Assembly (NCBI RefSeq): GCF_044704955.1 | Contig: NC_091982.1 | Coordinates: forward strand, 157,294,001 to 157,358,000 | Length of the DNA: 64,000 nucleotides | Reading direction: 5' to 3' | Source of the DNA: Pristiophorus japonicus | Lineage: Eukaryota | Shown: one piece after another, positions 61,556 through 64,000 of the stretch | How the letters are laid out: every line of letters begins with the position of its first letter | Numbering within the stretch: position 1 is the first letter of the stretch | Notes under the pieces: generated by a model | What the model saw: only the letters and a program-made list of their open reading frames with translations | Told to the model about the DNA's origin: nothing | Database searches by the model: none | Position numbers and translations under genes: made by a program

Positions 61556-62628
61556 TCATTGAAACCAAATTCTGATGAGACTGTCGGGGACTGCCCTTGC
61601 AGAATTGCAATTAACTGGCTGCCTGCTCTGTCGCTGATGTTCCTCCTCCTGCTCCTCCTCATCATCATCCTCCTCCTCCTCAGGTGATGCGGCTATGCCT
61701 GGTGGCAATGTCAGCGCCCTCATGATGGCAAGGTTGTGCAGCATACAGCAGATGACGACGACGAATAGGGACACCCGCTCAGGCGAGTACTGGAGGACAC
61801 CTCCCGAGCAACCAAGGCAGCAGAACTGTTGCTTCAGCACTCCGATTGTCTGCACAATGATGTTCCTGGTGGCGGCATGGCTCTCATTGTATGAGTGTTG
61901 GGCAGGAGTGTTTGGTTAGCAGAGGGGGTTCATGAGCCAGGTGGAGAGCAGATAGCCCTTGTCTCCGAGCAACCAGCCGAGAGTTGATGTGGTGGCTGGA
62001 AGAGAGCTGGCACATTGATCTGGCGCAGGATGAAGGCATTGTGGCTGCTGCCAGGATAGTGGGCATTCACAGCGAGGATTCTGTGTGTGTGGTCGCACAC
62101 CAGCTGCACATTCAGTGAATGGTAGCCTTTGCAGTTATGGAAAACCTCAGGATTATGCTGCAGTGCCTGCAAAGTGATGTGGCTGCAGTCAATGATGCCC
62201 TGCACCATGGGGAAGCCCACTATCCTGAAAAAAACACATGCATGTTCGGGCTGCTTCTCTCTGGTCATGGGGAAGGAAATGTAGTCCCTTCTCCTTCTGT
62301 ACAGAGCATCTGTGACCTCGCGGATGGAGCAATAGATGGCAAACTGGGAAATGTTGGAGATGCCTCCTGTATCTCCCCGGAAGGATCCATTGGCTTGGAA
62401 AGTGAGCGCAATGGTGACCTTGACTTCCACTGAGAGAGCCGTCCAGACCCTGGTCAGAGGTTCGAGGTCTGGTTGCAGCAGATGGTAGAGCTCTGTGACC
62501 ACGTCCTTGCTGTAGCACAGCCTTTGAACACACTGTTCCTCAATCAAATAGGAGAACTGCTGCTGGAATACCCTGGGAGGGTAAGGTCTCCTGTTGCCAG
62601 CCCTGTTGAGCTTTCTCCCTCTGGCCAC
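61556..62628 (-). pseudogene. PIF/Harbinger (HARBI1-like) DDE transposase, frameshifted
   Basis: ALSVEVKVTIAL..GSF, GFPMVQGIIDCSHI, NCKGYHSLNVQLVCD, YPGSSHNAFIL, WLLGDKGY, QTIGVLKQQF, CCMLHN across three ORFs. Confidence 0.9.
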
Positions 62629-63597
62629 ATCTTGCTGCCTTTCCCCCTGTGTCTCTCCCTGTTTTGCTCCATGTGCTTCTCCCTGCCTTTCTCTCTGTAT
62701 TTGTCTCCGCCTTTGTCATTGCCTAAGTAGCCTCCGACAGTGACACTGGAGCAGGAGATCCAGTGCCAACACAGCCCTCATGAAACAAGATAAATATTGT
62801 GATTTCAAATCTACCATCAATGATACAAGGGGAATAGTTAGGAGGCAGAACAGTCCTTGAAGTCAAAATTGCTGCAATCTGTTGACCAGCCACTCTGCCT
62901 ATGTGTTCACAAGCTGCAAAGCGTAATGGCCGACAGAAATTGTTTTTCAAGATGGTGCCTTTAAATAGTGCTCCTCCATCTGAGTCCTGACTCCAACTCG
63001 ACAGCTGAAGCTGTCGTTGTCACCAGCAGGCGGTAAGTGATTGTCCACGGCCGAAGTACACATCCGGGGTAGGTACGGGGCACCACGCATGGCAATGATG
63101 TCATCATCACCGGGCACAGCCAACCGGGACGTTTCCGCGAAACCCCCACCCAATTCCACGGGGGCACTGTTCTTTCTACGTCCAGGCGAATAACCTTTTG
63201 CGCCCCGTTACCACCTCCTGGTGGTGCTAACAGCAGGCACACAACAGGCCCCTGAATGTCAAGCTCTTGCTGAGCATCTTCCACCAGGTCCAACCAAGGT
63301 GGCAGTTTTAGTAAATAGCATGGATTTTCTCCAACGTTAGCAGATCGAGAGGGGAACAAGGTCAGACCTAATGAATAACTCAGCCTGCACTCCTACTTCT
63401 AAGACATCAGTCAATAGGAGCTCACTGTTTGATGAAGGGGTGACATGCAGATCTCGCACTGGCTGTCGTGACTTAAATACCCACACCAGCAATTTGGAGG
63501 TGAGGGAGTTTTTTGGCGGAAAAATCACTGGCACCGAGGCTTAGACAGGCCCCTCGATTTGCTGACGCTGAATACAATATTTCCAAGTGGTCCTCAG

Positions 63598-63737
63598 GGG
63601 TGTATCAATATCTTCAGGGGGTGTCGGGAGTGTGTCAATATTTTCAGGGGGTGTCGGGAGTGTGTCAATATTTTCAGGGGGTGTCAGGAGTGTGTCAATA
63701 TTTTCAGGAGGTGCTCGGAATGTGTCAATATTTGCAA
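63598..63737. repeat. 30-bp minisatellite, about 4.5 copies
   Basis: GTGTGTCAATATTTTCAGGGGGTGTCGGGA. Confidence 0.9.
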
Positions 63738-63831
63738 TGGGAGGTTCTGCGGAATTTACCAATATTTGCAAGAAAAAAGAAAAGAAAGATTTGCATTTAT
63801 ATTGCACAATTAATGGTCTCAGGATGCTCCA

Positions 63832-64000
63832 AACAGTAGTAATGAGGATGAGGATAGCATCAAACAAGAAATTAGTGATGTGTGCAATAAAGGTACAGCA
63901 GTTATCATGGGCGACTTTAATCTACATATTGACTGGGCTAACTGGTAGCAATGCGGTGGAGGAGGATTTCCTGGAGTGTATTAGGGATGGTTTTCTAGAC
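63832..64000 (+). mobile_element. CR1 endonuclease fragment running off the window
   Basis: Similar to 42960-43138 (AVIMGDFNLHIDW..EEDFLECIRDGFLD). Confidence 0.85.

Larger units (their letters stand above)
57195..63255. mobile_element. Decayed autonomous-type PIF/Harbinger transposon with two convergent genes
   Basis: Left end GGGGTGACGAAATTTAGC; Myb/SANT gene on +, DDE transposase on -; right TIR degenerate, boundary approximate. Confidence 0.8.

Noticed and set aside
61556-62628. Host HARBI1 gene
   Set aside because: Frameshifted, altered catalytic-region residues, paired with a Myb gene inside a transposon-like unit.
63598-63737. 30-bp repeats of CRISPR-like length, with repetitive ORFs on both strands
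   Set aside because: Head-to-tail with no unique spacers, no cas genes, vertebrate context: a minisatellite.

Overview
Eukaryotic, repeat-dense vertebrate DNA. The repeat repertoire (CR1-type LINEs with (TTTCTATG)n/(TTCTTATG)n tails, L2-tailed SINEs, PIF/Harbinger elements, Penelope inverted repeats) looks like a cartilaginous fish; species not determinable here. The only host protein-coding content I can support is a cluster of four rhodopsin-class 7TM genes resembling the orphan, odorant-receptor-related GPR148: A 1-330 (+, cut by the window edge), B 15131-16186 (-), C 25787-26815 (+), D 54090-55112 (-); B-D are single uninterrupted ORFs. Nearly all other ORFs in the track are transposon-derived or spurious. 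Notable non-genic structure: a 1.4-kb TSD-flanked Penelope-like palindrome (55582-56973) carrying two minimal hammerhead-ribozyme motifs just upstream of gene D; a decayed two-gene PIF/Harbinger transposon (Myb/SANT gene plus DDE transposase) with several non-autonomous relatives; three solo LTRs; many nested CR1 insertions, one near-intact; and one 163-N assembly gap. Family assignments come from motif recognition, not database searches, and repeat boundaries without a TSD/TIR are approximate.
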